Source: Spirochaetes bacterium GWE1_32_154 (GTDB lineage Bacteria > Spirochaetota > GWE2-31-10). Taken from it: a stretch of 64,000 nt of DNA. The translations under genes were made by a program, and so were the position numbers. The notes beneath the pieces are model-generated. The model searched no databases, was not told the origin of the DNA, and saw only the letters and a program-made list of their open reading frames with translations. Location: positions 18,040-82,039 of the forward strand of contig MIAY01000031.1 in the NCBI GenBank assembly GCA_001829315.1, given 5' to 3'. Below are positions 40,284-50,142 of the stretch, one piece after another (the stretch's first letter is position 1; each line of letters begins with the position of its first letter).

Positions 40284-41591
40284 ATGATAAATTTAAATTT
40301 ACTGTATTTTTTAAATCTTTTTTCAACTGGGTTACTTTTTATGACCGGGATTGCAGTGCTTTTTACCGGTCATAAAACTCTCAAACCGACGATACATTCT
40401 ATATACTGGTTTATCAATTTTTGTGCCAGCCTTTTTTACAATCTTGAGTTTACTGGTACATTAAAAATCGGTTTTTCACCTTCTTCATTTTTATATATGA
40501 TTATTCCGCTACTTATGCTTGTTTATATCAATATAGTCCTACATCAGAAATTATCAGTGAAAATAATTGTCACTCTTGTTATTTTAATACCATTTATTGC
40601 ATTAAAAGATACCATTATGTTATTTCAGATGTTTTATATTATAACTATCCTCATCGGAATTGTTGTGTATTCAATCTTTATTAATATCAACAACAAAAAT
40701 CAGATAAAAAAGAATATCTACATCTTTTTATGGTGCCAGTTATCAATAATCGGCTATATACCTTATATTATTATAAATATTATATTATCAGTGATGAAAA
40801 AATATCCAATACATCTTCAGGGTATTTTGCCTTTTTGTATAAGTATATCGGCATTGCTGATTTATTTTCTCTACTACCGGTTCAGTCAGTTTTATACCAA
40901 TGAAGATGTGAAAGAAAATCATATTCGTGAAAAAATGTCACTGATTGAAAAAATAGCAGCCAGTATCGTGCATGAAATAAAAAATCCGGTTGCTGCAATT
41001 CAATCATTAAATGAGCAACTACTCGAACGGCACAGTTCAATGAGTAATGAAAGCATTGAAAAATACCATACCATCATCGATAAAGATATTAAAAGAATAA
41101 AAACATTAGCTGACACATTTCTTAATACATTTAAGGATAAAGAAAGTGAAAATGACAATGAAATTGATATTTTTATCACTTTTCAATCTATAATTGATCT
41201 TATCAGGTTTGATTTATTAAAAAAAGAAGTTAACTTCAATGTTGATAAAAATCTGATTGGTATAACAATACGCATTAATAATTATTATTTCAGACAGATA
41301 TTTTTAAATCTCATATACAATTCAATTGAGGCAAACGCTAAAAACATTTCAATTTATGCAGAAAAATCAGGTTCTGACACTAAAATATATATTAAGGATG
41401 ATGGAGAAGGAATTAAAATTCACAATATTTCAAAAGTCTTTATACCGTTTTTCACTACAAAATCAGAAGGGACAGGGCTTGGTTTATCAATTTGTCAAAA
41501 AATAATTGAAAAATACAATGGTGAAATTAAACTGATTTCATCAGGAAAAGAAGGTACTTTATTTTGTGTTCTATTAAGGAATAATGAATGA
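40284..41591 (+). CDS. Multi-TM sensor histidine kinase
   Basis: About 7 hydrophobic helices without a large loop; HEIKNP; NLIYNS; PFFTTK.GTGLGL. Confidence 0.9.
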   Translation: MINLNLLYFLNLFSTGLLFMTGIAVLFTGHKTLKPTIHSIYWFINFCASLFYNLEFTGTLKIGFSPSSFLYMIIPLLMLVYINIVLHQKLSVKIIVTLVILIPFIALKDTIMLFQMFYIITILIGIVVYSIFININNKNQIKKNIYIFLWCQLSIIGYIPYIIINIILSVMKKYPIHLQGILPFCISISALLIYFLYYRFSQFYTNEDVKENHIREKMSLIEKIAASIVHEIKNPVAAIQSLNEQLLERHSSMSNESIEKYHTIIDKDIKRIKTLADTFLNTFKDKESENDNEIDIFITFQSIIDLIRFDLLKKEVNFNVDKNLIGITIRINNYYFRQIFLNLIYNSIEANAKNISIYAEKSGSDTKIYIKDDGEGIKIHNISKVFIPFFTTKSEGTGLGLSICQKIIEKYNGEIKLISSGKEGTLFCVLLRNNE

Positions 41592-42985
41592 AACTATTAA
41601 TTGTTGATGATGAAGAGTCTGTAAACTTTGCAATTTCCGAACTATTCATACAAGAAGGGTATGAAGTTATATCTGCTTATTCTGCAGAAGAAGGAATAAT
41701 AAAACTTGAACAGAATCAATGCGACATTGCAATTGTTGACTACAATTTACCCGGTATCAATGGTATAGACCTTTTAACAATAATAAAAAAAAATTACAGT
41801 TCAATTCCTGTTATTCTAATCACTGCGTTTGGTTCTGAAAGTGTCGCGATAGAGGCAATAAAAAAAGGTGCATACGATTATATTTCTAAACCATTTGAAA
41901 ACACAATGATACGAAATAGAATTAATAATATCAGAGAAAGCCTCACGCACAAAGTAAAATCAGAAACCGGTGATTTCGGTTATTATTTTTCACCGGTAAT
42001 GAGTGCGATAATAAACAAAATTGAAACAGTGTCAAAAACAGATATTCCTATACTTATAACCGGCGAATCGGGAACAGGTAAAGAATTAATTGCAAAACTC
42101 TGTCATCATCATTCAGGTAGAAAAGGAAAGTTTATCAGCATTAATTGTTCTGCTATACCGGAAGGTTTAATTGAAAGCGAATTATTCGGAGCCGAAAAAG
42201 GTTCGTACACCGGGTCTCAAGGGTTAAAAATCGGTCTTTTTGAACAGGCTGATAATGGCACATTATTTCTTGATGAAATTGGTGAAATGCCAATCGGTCT
42301 TCAGGCAAAACTGTTACGGGTCATTCAGGAAAATGAAATAATGCGTGTCGGTTCGGCACATGTCATAAAAATTAATGCACGGATTCTTGCTGCTACCAAT
42401 ATAAATATTGAAGACCGAATAAAAAATAATAATTTTAGAGAAGACTTATACTATAGACTTAATGTTGTTCATCTGAAAGTGCCACCGCTTCGACAAAGAA
42501 AAACTGAAATAAAACATCTTGCAATGTCTTTTATAAATGACTTTAACAATAAATATCATAAAAACATTAAAGGATTTGACCCTGAACTTCTTGATGATAT
42601 GATTAATTATCAATGGAAGGGAAATATACGGGAACTGAAAAATAAAATTGAACATGCAGTTATTATTTGTAATAACGAATGGATCGGTTATGAAAGTCTT
42701 GTTTTTGAAGAACCCGCCGATACGCCGAATGGTAAAGTAGAAAATCATGCAGTACCATTTAACAGCACACAAGACAACGGGTTTGATTTTGCAACTATTC
42801 CTGAAATGTATACCGAGGCAAAAAAACAATTTTCTGATATTTTTGATAAAAATTTCATCCTCTACCATCTTAATAAAAATGAATGGAATGTTAAAATGAC
42901 GGCTGATAAAATCGGTTTGAGCCGGCAGGATTTATATAAGAAAATGAAGAAAGTCGGCATTAAAAAGAATGTTGAGTATTCGTAG
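41588..42985 (+). CDS. NtrC-family sigma54-dependent response regulator
   Basis: REC; GESGTGKE; ESELFG.EKGSYTGS (GAFTGA variant); LFLDEIG; WKGNIREL; HTH. Confidence 0.93.
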   Translation: MKLLIVDDEESVNFAISELFIQEGYEVISAYSAEEGIIKLEQNQCDIAIVDYNLPGINGIDLLTIIKKNYSSIPVILITAFGSESVAIEAIKKGAYDYISKPFENTMIRNRINNIRESLTHKVKSETGDFGYYFSPVMSAIINKIETVSKTDIPILITGESGTGKELIAKLCHHHSGRKGKFISINCSAIPEGLIESELFGAEKGSYTGSQGLKIGLFEQADNGTLFLDEIGEMPIGLQAKLLRVIQENEIMRVGSAHVIKINARILAATNINIEDRIKNNNFREDLYYRLNVVHLKVPPLRQRKTEIKHLAMSFINDFNNKYHKNIKGFDPELLDDMINYQWKGNIRELKNKIEHAVIICNNEWIGYESLVFEEPADTPNGKVENHAVPFNSTQDNGFDFATIPEMYTEAKKQFSDIFDKNFILYHLNKNEWNVKMTADKIGLSRQDLYKKMKKVGIKKNVEYS

Positions 42986-42999
42986 GCTGAAATATTTTA

Positions 43000-43016
43000 G
43001 GGGAACCTCTAAAAAC
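43000..43016 (+). repeat. Possible end of a second IS/MITE-derived repeat family
   Basis: GGGGAACCTCTAAAAAC; related to CTCTAAAAAACC...TAGAGGTGTCC at 52926-52955. Confidence 0.35.
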
Positions 43017-43072
43017 CCATCTTTAAAATTTCTACTTCGTCAAAAGAAATCCGGTATTTTTATTTTTTACCC

Positions 43073-43740
43073 TCAGTATGTAAGAAAATCAATAATACTT
43101 AAACGTCTTATTCCCTGATAGTCATTTCCCCGGATTGTATTATCCATACTTAAAACATATTCAGGAGAATCATCTTTGATAGCAAGAAGCGGAGCAAATT
43201 CTCTTTTGACCGTCTCCTCTGATGCAAGAAGATATGTGACCTGAAAATATGTCTTTTCATTGTGTTTTGTCGCATTAAAATCTATTTCAGTACCATTCGA
43301 TGCTCCAACAGAAACATTATATCCTCTGTAGAGAAGTTCCATATACACAACATTTTCAAGTATCTGTGAAATTTTACCGGCTCTATATTTTAAATTTGAA
43401 TGACACATACCAACATCATTGATGTAGTATTTATCATTTATTTCAAAAATTTTCTTTCCTTTTATGTCAAACCTGCTAATCTGATGAGCACTATAACAAC
43501 TCTTGAAGTATTTTAAATAATTCCGGACAGTATCAACATACGTAGTGATTTTTTGAGATTTCATATATTTCGAAATAGTATGTGCTGTCACGAGATTGCC
43601 AATAGTATCAAATAAAAATTGAGCAATCTTTTCCAGTAAAAAAACATTTCTTACATTATAGCGTTTGACAATTTCTTTAAGAAGTATTGCATTATAAATG
43701 GACGGATCTTTTCAATATATTTCTGCCTTGCGATATCCAT
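43073..43740 (-). pseudogene. AAA_14/DUF4143 ATPase pseudogene with the ATPase domain deleted
   Basis: GGAG-ATG MDIARQKYIEKIRPFI is joined out of frame to IYNAILLKEIVKRY...KYYINDVG..LENVVY..EIDF; no Walker motifs. Confidence 0.8.
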
Positions 43741-44019
43741 AACACACTCCATGATTAAGATTACACTATACATTTCCCGTAAATAATAATGAATTCAGGA
43801 TATATCCTAAACATTCTTATAAAATCAGATTATTAAGTATATAGACGTTCACTATATCATTGCGATATACATAAAGGAAAGTTATACAATAAAAATTACC
43901 CCGCTTTATCACAATAATAAGAAAACCGCCGAATCCATGCTAATCCACCCAAATCAGTGTCATCCGCATAAAAATTCTTATATCTGCGGCAATTCCTTTT
44001 CATACTCCAGGCTTAATTG

Positions 44020-45540
44020 TTAACGTAAACTATTAGAATTCCTCAACAAACCATCCCCAGTTTCATCATAAAACGAAAAATCCACCGCATTATTATTAGT
44101 ATCAATACATGACTCATTTCTATGAACATAGTATCCGCCGGAAGTATTATAAACAGCCTCCCCCTCCGGTTTTAAAGCACTTCCATAACCTACCCTGTCA
44201 AGTTCAACATTGTCAGCATTCGTAATAACAACATGCCCTGATGTACCCGAAAAACCAAAATCTCTTGTATTTACACAATCAGGAAAAGTATCGCCACGCC
44301 AATTACCCATCAGATATGATTTACCGCTTATTAAAACAAATCGCCCGGGTTGTATGGTATACAGGTTTTCTGCAAAAATGAATTTATTGGACAATGTGAT
44401 TCCTGAAGCAGCAGAATATTTTATTTTAAACCCGGATAAATCTATAGGCACTAATGAATTGTTAAACAAAATAACAAATTCATCATTTGCACCACCAGCT
44501 CCCGAACAGGCAAAACCATACATTATCAAACCGTCTCCATATAATTCATCATTTTCTTCTATTGCTTCGGACTCTTCTATTACCCCGCCATTTGACACCG
44601 ATATATATTTATCAAGAAACAACGAATCATGAAGTCTTGTTACTCTGAAAACGATAAAACGCTCAGCATCACGGTCAATTACCGAAACATCAAACGACTG
44701 ACTGATTTCCACATTTTTACTTTGCACTATCCCAAATGTATAATTTTCCGGTATTGAATATTCAAATCTGCCATCATCGAGGAGAATTTCTTTATTATCA
44801 GCATATATTTCATCAGAAAGGTATGAAAGTGGTATTAACCCTTTTCTATTAATCGTAATGGCACAATCAACATTCTTGTTATGGGCAGCTATCACCCTGA
44901 ATTGTGAATTCGATTCCAAATCACACTTTGTTTCTTTAGTGATAATCTGTTGCTCATTACAATAAAGAAGCACGCCTTCACGAATTTTAAAATCTAAAAC
45001 CACTTCATTTAAATTTGCCTCTAGCGGAAGATAAAAAACATATTCATTACCACTCCGTTTGGCAGTATAATCATTTAAAATATACTGAGAACTATCTGCA
45101 ACTATTATAAATGTTTCCGGTAAAAACATGGTATAGGAATCATAAATGACAGTGACATAATAATTCCTTATTTTTTGTTCAGCATCAACAACCTGATATA
45201 TGACCGTATCATAGAAATTAACAACCGATTCACCACTTATTTGTTCAATACCATTAATAAAAACAACTGCTTCATCAGATAATTGAAAGGATGGTATCAA
45301 AGCATCAATTGAAACAACATCTTCAATAGTTATGGTAATATTTTCACTATTAATTGTTCCAAAACAATCAGCCATTAAACCTTTATTATTACGCATCGTG
45401 AAAACAAAAGATGTACATACAACGGATGACTCGACAACTGCCTGAGTAATACCATTTGCAGTGACATTCCCATCTATTTTTTCAGTTATCGGTACACATG
45501 AAACCATGCAGACACACAAAATACATACATATTTTTTCAT
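44020..45540 (-). CDS. Surface lipoprotein with Ig-like repeats and C-terminal lamin-tail (LTD) domain
   Basis: MVSC lipobox; L.PSF.LS..A.V...Q.SG..VNF...V.Y.V repeats; DEFVILFN....IDLSGF.I...DRVGYG...DTNNNAVDF. Confidence 0.75.
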   Translation of the reverse strand: MKKYVCILCVCMVSCVPITEKIDGNVTANGITQAVVESSVVCTSFVFTMRNNKGLMADCFGTINSENITITIEDVVSIDALIPSFQLSDEAVVFINGIEQISGESVVNFYDTVIYQVVDAEQKIRNYYVTVIYDSYTMFLPETFIIVADSSQYILNDYTAKRSGNEYVFYLPLEANLNEVVLDFKIREGVLLYCNEQQIITKETKCDLESNSQFRVIAAHNKNVDCAITINRKGLIPLSYLSDEIYADNKEILLDDGRFEYSIPENYTFGIVQSKNVEISQSFDVSVIDRDAERFIVFRVTRLHDSLFLDKYISVSNGGVIEESEAIEENDELYGDGLIMYGFACSGAGGANDEFVILFNNSLVPIDLSGFKIKYSAASGITLSNKFIFAENLYTIQPGRFVLISGKSYLMGNWRGDTFPDCVNTRDFGFSGTSGHVVITNADNVELDRVGYGSALKPEGEAVYNTSGGYYVHRNESCIDTNNNAVDFSFYDETGDGLLRNSNSLR

Positions 45541-45635
45541 ACGGTAAACCTCCATTTTAATTAATTCAATTTTTTTGTTTTTTCAACGCTCAATTTTTTA
45601 ATTAATGATATAATTACGATTATTTGGAGTGAACA

Positions 45636-46742
45636 ATGAAATCTATCGTTTATTTTTCCGATTTTAAAACAAGATCCCATGAAAACAGCAAAATTATGAA
45701 AGTTCGTAGCCTTTTAAATCAGGATATTTATAAAAATACAATTTCAAAAGATGATTTAACAGCAATCAAAATTCACTTTGGTGAATATGGTAATGATTCA
45801 TTTATTAATCCCATTTTTGTCCGTGAAGCTGTTGATTTTATCAAAAAACACTCAGGGAAACCATTTATTACCGATACCAATACACTCTACTCGGGCTCAA
45901 GACATAATTCAATCGATCATTTAAACACTGCAATTTCTCACGGCTTTGCATACGCAGTAGTCGGTGCACCTTTAATAATAGCTGACGGCTTACGAAGTGA
46001 GAATTTTAAAGAAATCGATATTAATTTAAAACATTTCAAAAAAGCAAAAATAGCAGGCGATATTGAGTCTTCAGACAGTATGATTGTTATGACTCACTTC
46101 AAAGCTCATGAAATGGCAGGTTTTGGCGGTTCAATAAAAAATCTGGCAATGGGGTGTGCGCCGGCTGCCGGCAAACGCGATCAGCATTCAGTACGACCTT
46201 TTATAATCACAGAAAAATGTGTCGGTTGCGGAAAATGTCAAACAATTTGCCCTGAAAACGCTATTACATTGAACAATAAGAAAGCACTCATTGATCAGCA
46301 CATATGTATCGGTTGTGGTGAATGCATGACTGTTTGCCAGGTTAAAGCAATTGGTATGAATTGGGATGTTGAACTTGATGAATTTATCGAAAAAATGACT
46401 GAATATGCGTATGCTTCTGTTAAAAACAAAAAAGATAAAGTGTTATACATCAATTTTGTTATGAATGTTGTACCTGATTGCGACTGTGCAGGCTGGAGTG
46501 ATTATCCGATAGTACCTGACATTGGTATTCTCATATCAAATGACCCGGTAGCAATAGATAAAGCATCATACGATCTGGTCAACGCACAAACCGGCAATAA
46601 AGAATCAATTCTTAAAGAAAATCTCGAACCGGGAAAAGACAAATTCAAAGGGTTACGAAGCAACACAAATGGTATGCTTCAAATGACCTATGGCCAGAGC
46701 ATCGGACTTGGTTCAATGGAATATGAATTAATTAAAATATAA
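45636..46742 (+). CDS. DUF362 domain Fe-S protein
   Basis: AIKIHFGE, TDTNTLY, HFKAH..GFGGSIKNLAMG, two CxxCxxCxxxC, CDC, DPVAID. Confidence 0.9.
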   Translation: MKSIVYFSDFKTRSHENSKIMKVRSLLNQDIYKNTISKDDLTAIKIHFGEYGNDSFINPIFVREAVDFIKKHSGKPFITDTNTLYSGSRHNSIDHLNTAISHGFAYAVVGAPLIIADGLRSENFKEIDINLKHFKKAKIAGDIESSDSMIVMTHFKAHEMAGFGGSIKNLAMGCAPAAGKRDQHSVRPFIITEKCVGCGKCQTICPENAITLNNKKALIDQHICIGCGECMTVCQVKAIGMNWDVELDEFIEKMTEYAYASVKNKKDKVLYINFVMNVVPDCDCAGWSDYPIVPDIGILISNDPVAIDKASYDLVNAQTGNKESILKENLEPGKDKFKGLRSNTNGMLQMTYGQSIGLGSMEYELIKI

Positions 46743-46753
46743 AAGGAGATTCT

Positions 46754-47257
46754 ATGACAACAACTATTAATGTAACCATGAAAAAATCATTGTATTTTGT
46801 TCTGTTTCTATCTATTTCTGTAATAATACCATTTTTATTTCATCTTTCCGGTATAAATGGGACCGTTTTTATCCCGATTTATATTGCAGTAGTAATTGCA
46901 GCTCTTACATTAGACCCGGTATCCGCTGTATTTCTCGGCATTATAACTCCTCTTGCTAATAACATACTAACCGGGATGCCTGCTCACGCACCAATGCCAA
47001 TGCTTCAAATGCTCATTGTAGAATTAATGGTAGTAACGTTAATCATTTCATTACTAAGAAAAACATCGATTAACTTACTGTTTATTATCCCGATAAGTCT
47101 TATCATTGCACGTTTATCAAGTATCATTTTTGTACCATTTGTAAATACTCTATCAATACAATCATTTTTGAATCAACGATTAATAAGTCTTCCCGGGATG
47201 GTAGTGTGCGTTGTTATCAGTTTTATATATATAGTAATTCATGAAAGACGCAGATAA
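46754..47257 (+). CDS. ECF transporter S-component-like membrane protein
   Basis: About 5 TM segments; PFLFH..G.VFIP, TP....TGMP, M..EL motifs. Confidence 0.7.
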   Translation: MTTTINVTMKKSLYFVLFLSISVIIPFLFHLSGINGTVFIPIYIAVVIAALTLDPVSAVFLGIITPLANNILTGMPAHAPMPMLQMLIVELMVVTLIISLLRKTSINLLFIIPISLIIARLSSIIFVPFVNTLSIQSFLNQRLISLPGMVVCVVISFIYIVIHERRR

Positions 47258-47657
47258 TTTCCAGGAAATATCTCTTGATGAGATGATGAATCGTATTAAA
47301 ACACTTGTTCCTGATTCATTTGATATGGTAGTTGCTATTGCCCGGGGAGGAATCCTTCCCGGTTATCTCATTGCGAAGTTTCTCGACATCCCGCTTGAAA
47401 TTATACATCTTAATTTACGTAATGATTCGCATCAGCAGATAAGAAATGAACCACTGCTTCTAAAACCAGTTGATTTTGAATTTACAAATAAAAGAATTAT
47501 ATTAACCGATGATGTTTCAAACACTGGCTTAACCATGGGAAAAGCGAGAAAAATACTTCAGAACTGCCTGATTACAACTATAGCCATTTCCGGGAATGCA
47601 GATATTTCATTATTCGGACCTCACGATCGATGTATTCATTGGCCGTGGTCAAAATAA
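47241..47657 (+). CDS. Type I phosphoribosyltransferase
   Basis: AIARGG; ILTDDVSNTGLT PRPP loop; WPW C-terminus. Confidence 0.85.
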   Translation: MKDADNFQEISLDEMMNRIKTLVPDSFDMVVAIARGGILPGYLIAKFLDIPLEIIHLNLRNDSHQQIRNEPLLLKPVDFEFTNKRIILTDDVSNTGLTMGKARKILQNCLITTIAISGNADISLFGPHDRCIHWPWSK

Positions 47658-47762
47658 ATATAATAAATTTAAAAAAAATCACTTTTCTATCTATTTTTAA
47701 ACATACAAAAAAAAATAGTGATATACTGTATAAATACTTAAATATCAATATGGAGTCATCAA

Positions 47763-49994
47763 ATGATCACATCAATGTATGCCGATGAAATAGTCGGAAT
47801 TGTTAATTCAAATAACCAAACCCCTCATAGAGTTCTGGGTCTTCACATGGTCGAAGCACCAATAGGGAATGAGTTAAAGAATGTTCCGTCGATTAGAACT
47901 TTTCTACCGGATGCAAAAACAGTTAAAATCGTTGATGAAAAAAGTAACAAAGAATACAATATGCACAAAGTACACAATGACGGGCTTTATGAAGCCATCA
48001 TTTTTGAAAAAAATGATAAATTTGATTATCATTTTAAAATTACCGGCTATAACGGTCAGGAATGGACTCTCGAAGATCCATATTCAAAATGGGTTGAAGG
48101 CATCACTCAATTTGATCAATATTTATTTAACCGTTCACAGCATTATAAGATTTACGAAAAACTCGGTGCACATCAAATGACAATTGACGGTGAAAAAGGG
48201 GTTTATTTCTCTGTCTGGGCACCAAATGCACAAAGAGTGAGCGTTATTGGTAACTTTAACGGCTGGGACGGCAGAAAAGATGTTATGGAACTTCTTCATG
48301 ACTCGGGTGTATGGGTACATTTTAAAAAAGGTTTAAAGTCAGGTGAAATATACAAATACGAAATAAAAGCAAAAGACGGACGGCTTCTTGAGAAATCAGA
48401 CCCGTATGCAACATACTGCGAATTAAGACCAAAAACTGCTTCAATTGTTTATACCCTCGAAGATTATAAGTGGAAAGATAAAAAATGGATGGAAAAACGT
48501 GCATCATCTGATTTTCTTAACCAGCCTGTGAGTATTTATGAAGTACATCTTGGTTCATGGAGAAGACGACCGGAAGAAGGAAACCGTTTCTTAACCTATA
48601 TCGAAATGGCGAATGAACTTGTTCCCTATGTAAAAAACCTGGGTTTTACTCATATAGAACTTATGCCGATTGAAGAACATCCGTTTGACGGTTCATGGGG
48701 TTATCAGGTAACAGGATATTTTGCACCGACATCACGATTTGGTGAGCCTAAAGATTTACAGTTTTTTATTGATGAATGTCATAAAAATGGAATCGGTGTA
48801 ATATTAGACTGGGTTCCCGGACATTACCCGAAAGATGCTCATGGACTTATTGATTTTGACGGTACTGCATTATATGAACACGCTGATCCTAAAAAAGGCG
48901 AACATATGGATTGGGGTACCAAAATATTCAACTACGGCAGACTGGAAGTAAAAAACTTTCTTATATCCAATGCATTATACTGGCTGGACAAATTTCATTT
49001 TGACGGTTTACGGGTGGATGCTGTTGCTTCTATGTTATATTTGGATTATTCACGAAAAGAAGGTGAATGGATACCTAATCAGTATGGCGGTAGAGAAAAC
49101 CTTGAAGCTATCGAATTTATGCAGCATCTTAATTCTATTGTTCATCAATATTACCCGGGAGTTATGATGGCAGCTGAAGAATCGACATCATTCGGTGGTG
49201 TTTCAAAACCGACATACATTGGCGGTCTTGGTTTTGGTTTTAAATGGAACATGGGCTGGATGAACGATACATTGTCATACATTGAAAAAGACCCGATTCA
49301 TAGAAAATATCATCATGGTGAATTAACATTCAGTTTTATTTATGCGTGGAGTGAAAACTTTGTGCTACCGATTTCACATGATGAAGTTGTTCACGGTAAA
49401 GGTTCAATGATTGCCAAAATGCCCGGTGATTACTGGCAGAAATTTGCAAATTTAAGAGCATACTATGCGTATATGTGGACTCATCCGGGTAAACAATTAT
49501 TATTTATGGGACAGGAATTCGCACAGTTTGACGAATGGAATGCAGATAAAAGTTTAGACTGGCATTTACTCGACTTTGATTTCCATAAAGGAATACAGCA
49601 GTCAATTTCTGATCTTAACCATATCTATAAAGAAGAAAAATCTCTTTGGGAAAAAGATTTTACTCCTGACGGTTTTGAAGGCATTAACTGTGACGACTCT
49701 GATAACAGTATTTTATCATTTATAAGAAAATCATCAGACCCGAAAGATTTTCTGGTTGTCGTTATCAATTTCACACCGGTTCCTCGTGATTATTATATGC
49801 TTGGGGTTCCTGAAGAGTGTTTTTATGAAGAAATTTTCAATAGTGACTCCGGAAAATATTGCGGTTCAAATTTTGGCAACTACGGCGGGGTTAAAGCAAT
49901 CCCGGGCGGTATATTTGGTAAACCATATTCAATCAATGTTAAAATACCACCTCTTGGTGCTATTATTTTGAAACCAAAATATACGACAAAGTAA
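47763..49994 (+). CDS. glgB: 1,4-alpha-glucan branching enzyme
   Basis: [40 protein letters not shown]. Confidence 0.97.
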   Translation: MITSMYADEIVGIVNSNNQTPHRVLGLHMVEAPIGNELKNVPSIRTFLPDAKTVKIVDEKSNKEYNMHKVHNDGLYEAIIFEKNDKFDYHFKITGYNGQEWTLEDPYSKWVEGITQFDQYLFNRSQHYKIYEKLGAHQMTIDGEKGVYFSVWAPNAQRVSVIGNFNGWDGRKDVMELLHDSGVWVHFKKGLKSGEIYKYEIKAKDGRLLEKSDPYATYCELRPKTASIVYTLEDYKWKDKKWMEKRASSDFLNQPVSIYEVHLGSWRRRPEEGNRFLTYIEMANELVPYVKNLGFTHIELMPIEEHPFDGSWGYQVTGYFAPTSRFGEPKDLQFFIDECHKNGIGVILDWVPGHYPKDAHGLIDFDGTALYEHADPKKGEHMDWGTKIFNYGRLEVKNFLISNALYWLDKFHFDGLRVDAVASMLYLDYSRKEGEWIPNQYGGRENLEAIEFMQHLNSIVHQYYPGVMMAAEESTSFGGVSKPTYIGGLGFGFKWNMGWMNDTLSYIEKDPIHRKYHHGELTFSFIYAWSENFVLPISHDEVVHGKGSMIAKMPGDYWQKFANLRAYYAYMWTHPGKQLLFMGQEFAQFDEWNADKSLDWHLLDFDFHKGIQQSISDLNHIYKEEKSLWEKDFTPDGFEGINCDDSDNSILSFIRKSSDPKDFLVVVINFTPVPRDYYMLGVPEECFYEEIFNSDSGKYCGSNFGNYGGVKAIPGGIFGKPYSINVKIPPLGAIILKPKYTTK

Positions 49995-50001
49995 TATATG
50001 T

Positions 50002-50142
50002 AGAGCTTCATGCAAAAATCCTTTATTTATCTCGAATTTTTGCATGAAGTTACCTCTAACGCAATTATATTGCGTATTGCCGTAAGCATAAAAAAAGTAC
50101 ACTTTTTTTCATCAAGTACTCTTGATTTTTGCAAGAGGCTCT
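50002..50142 (+). repeat. MITE/REP-like palindromic element, long copy
   Basis: AGAGCTTCATGCAAAAAT...ATTTTTGCATGAAGT...GATTTTTGCAAGAGGCTCT; fills the glgB/ABC-F gap and overlaps the ABC-F TAG stop. Confidence 0.85.
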
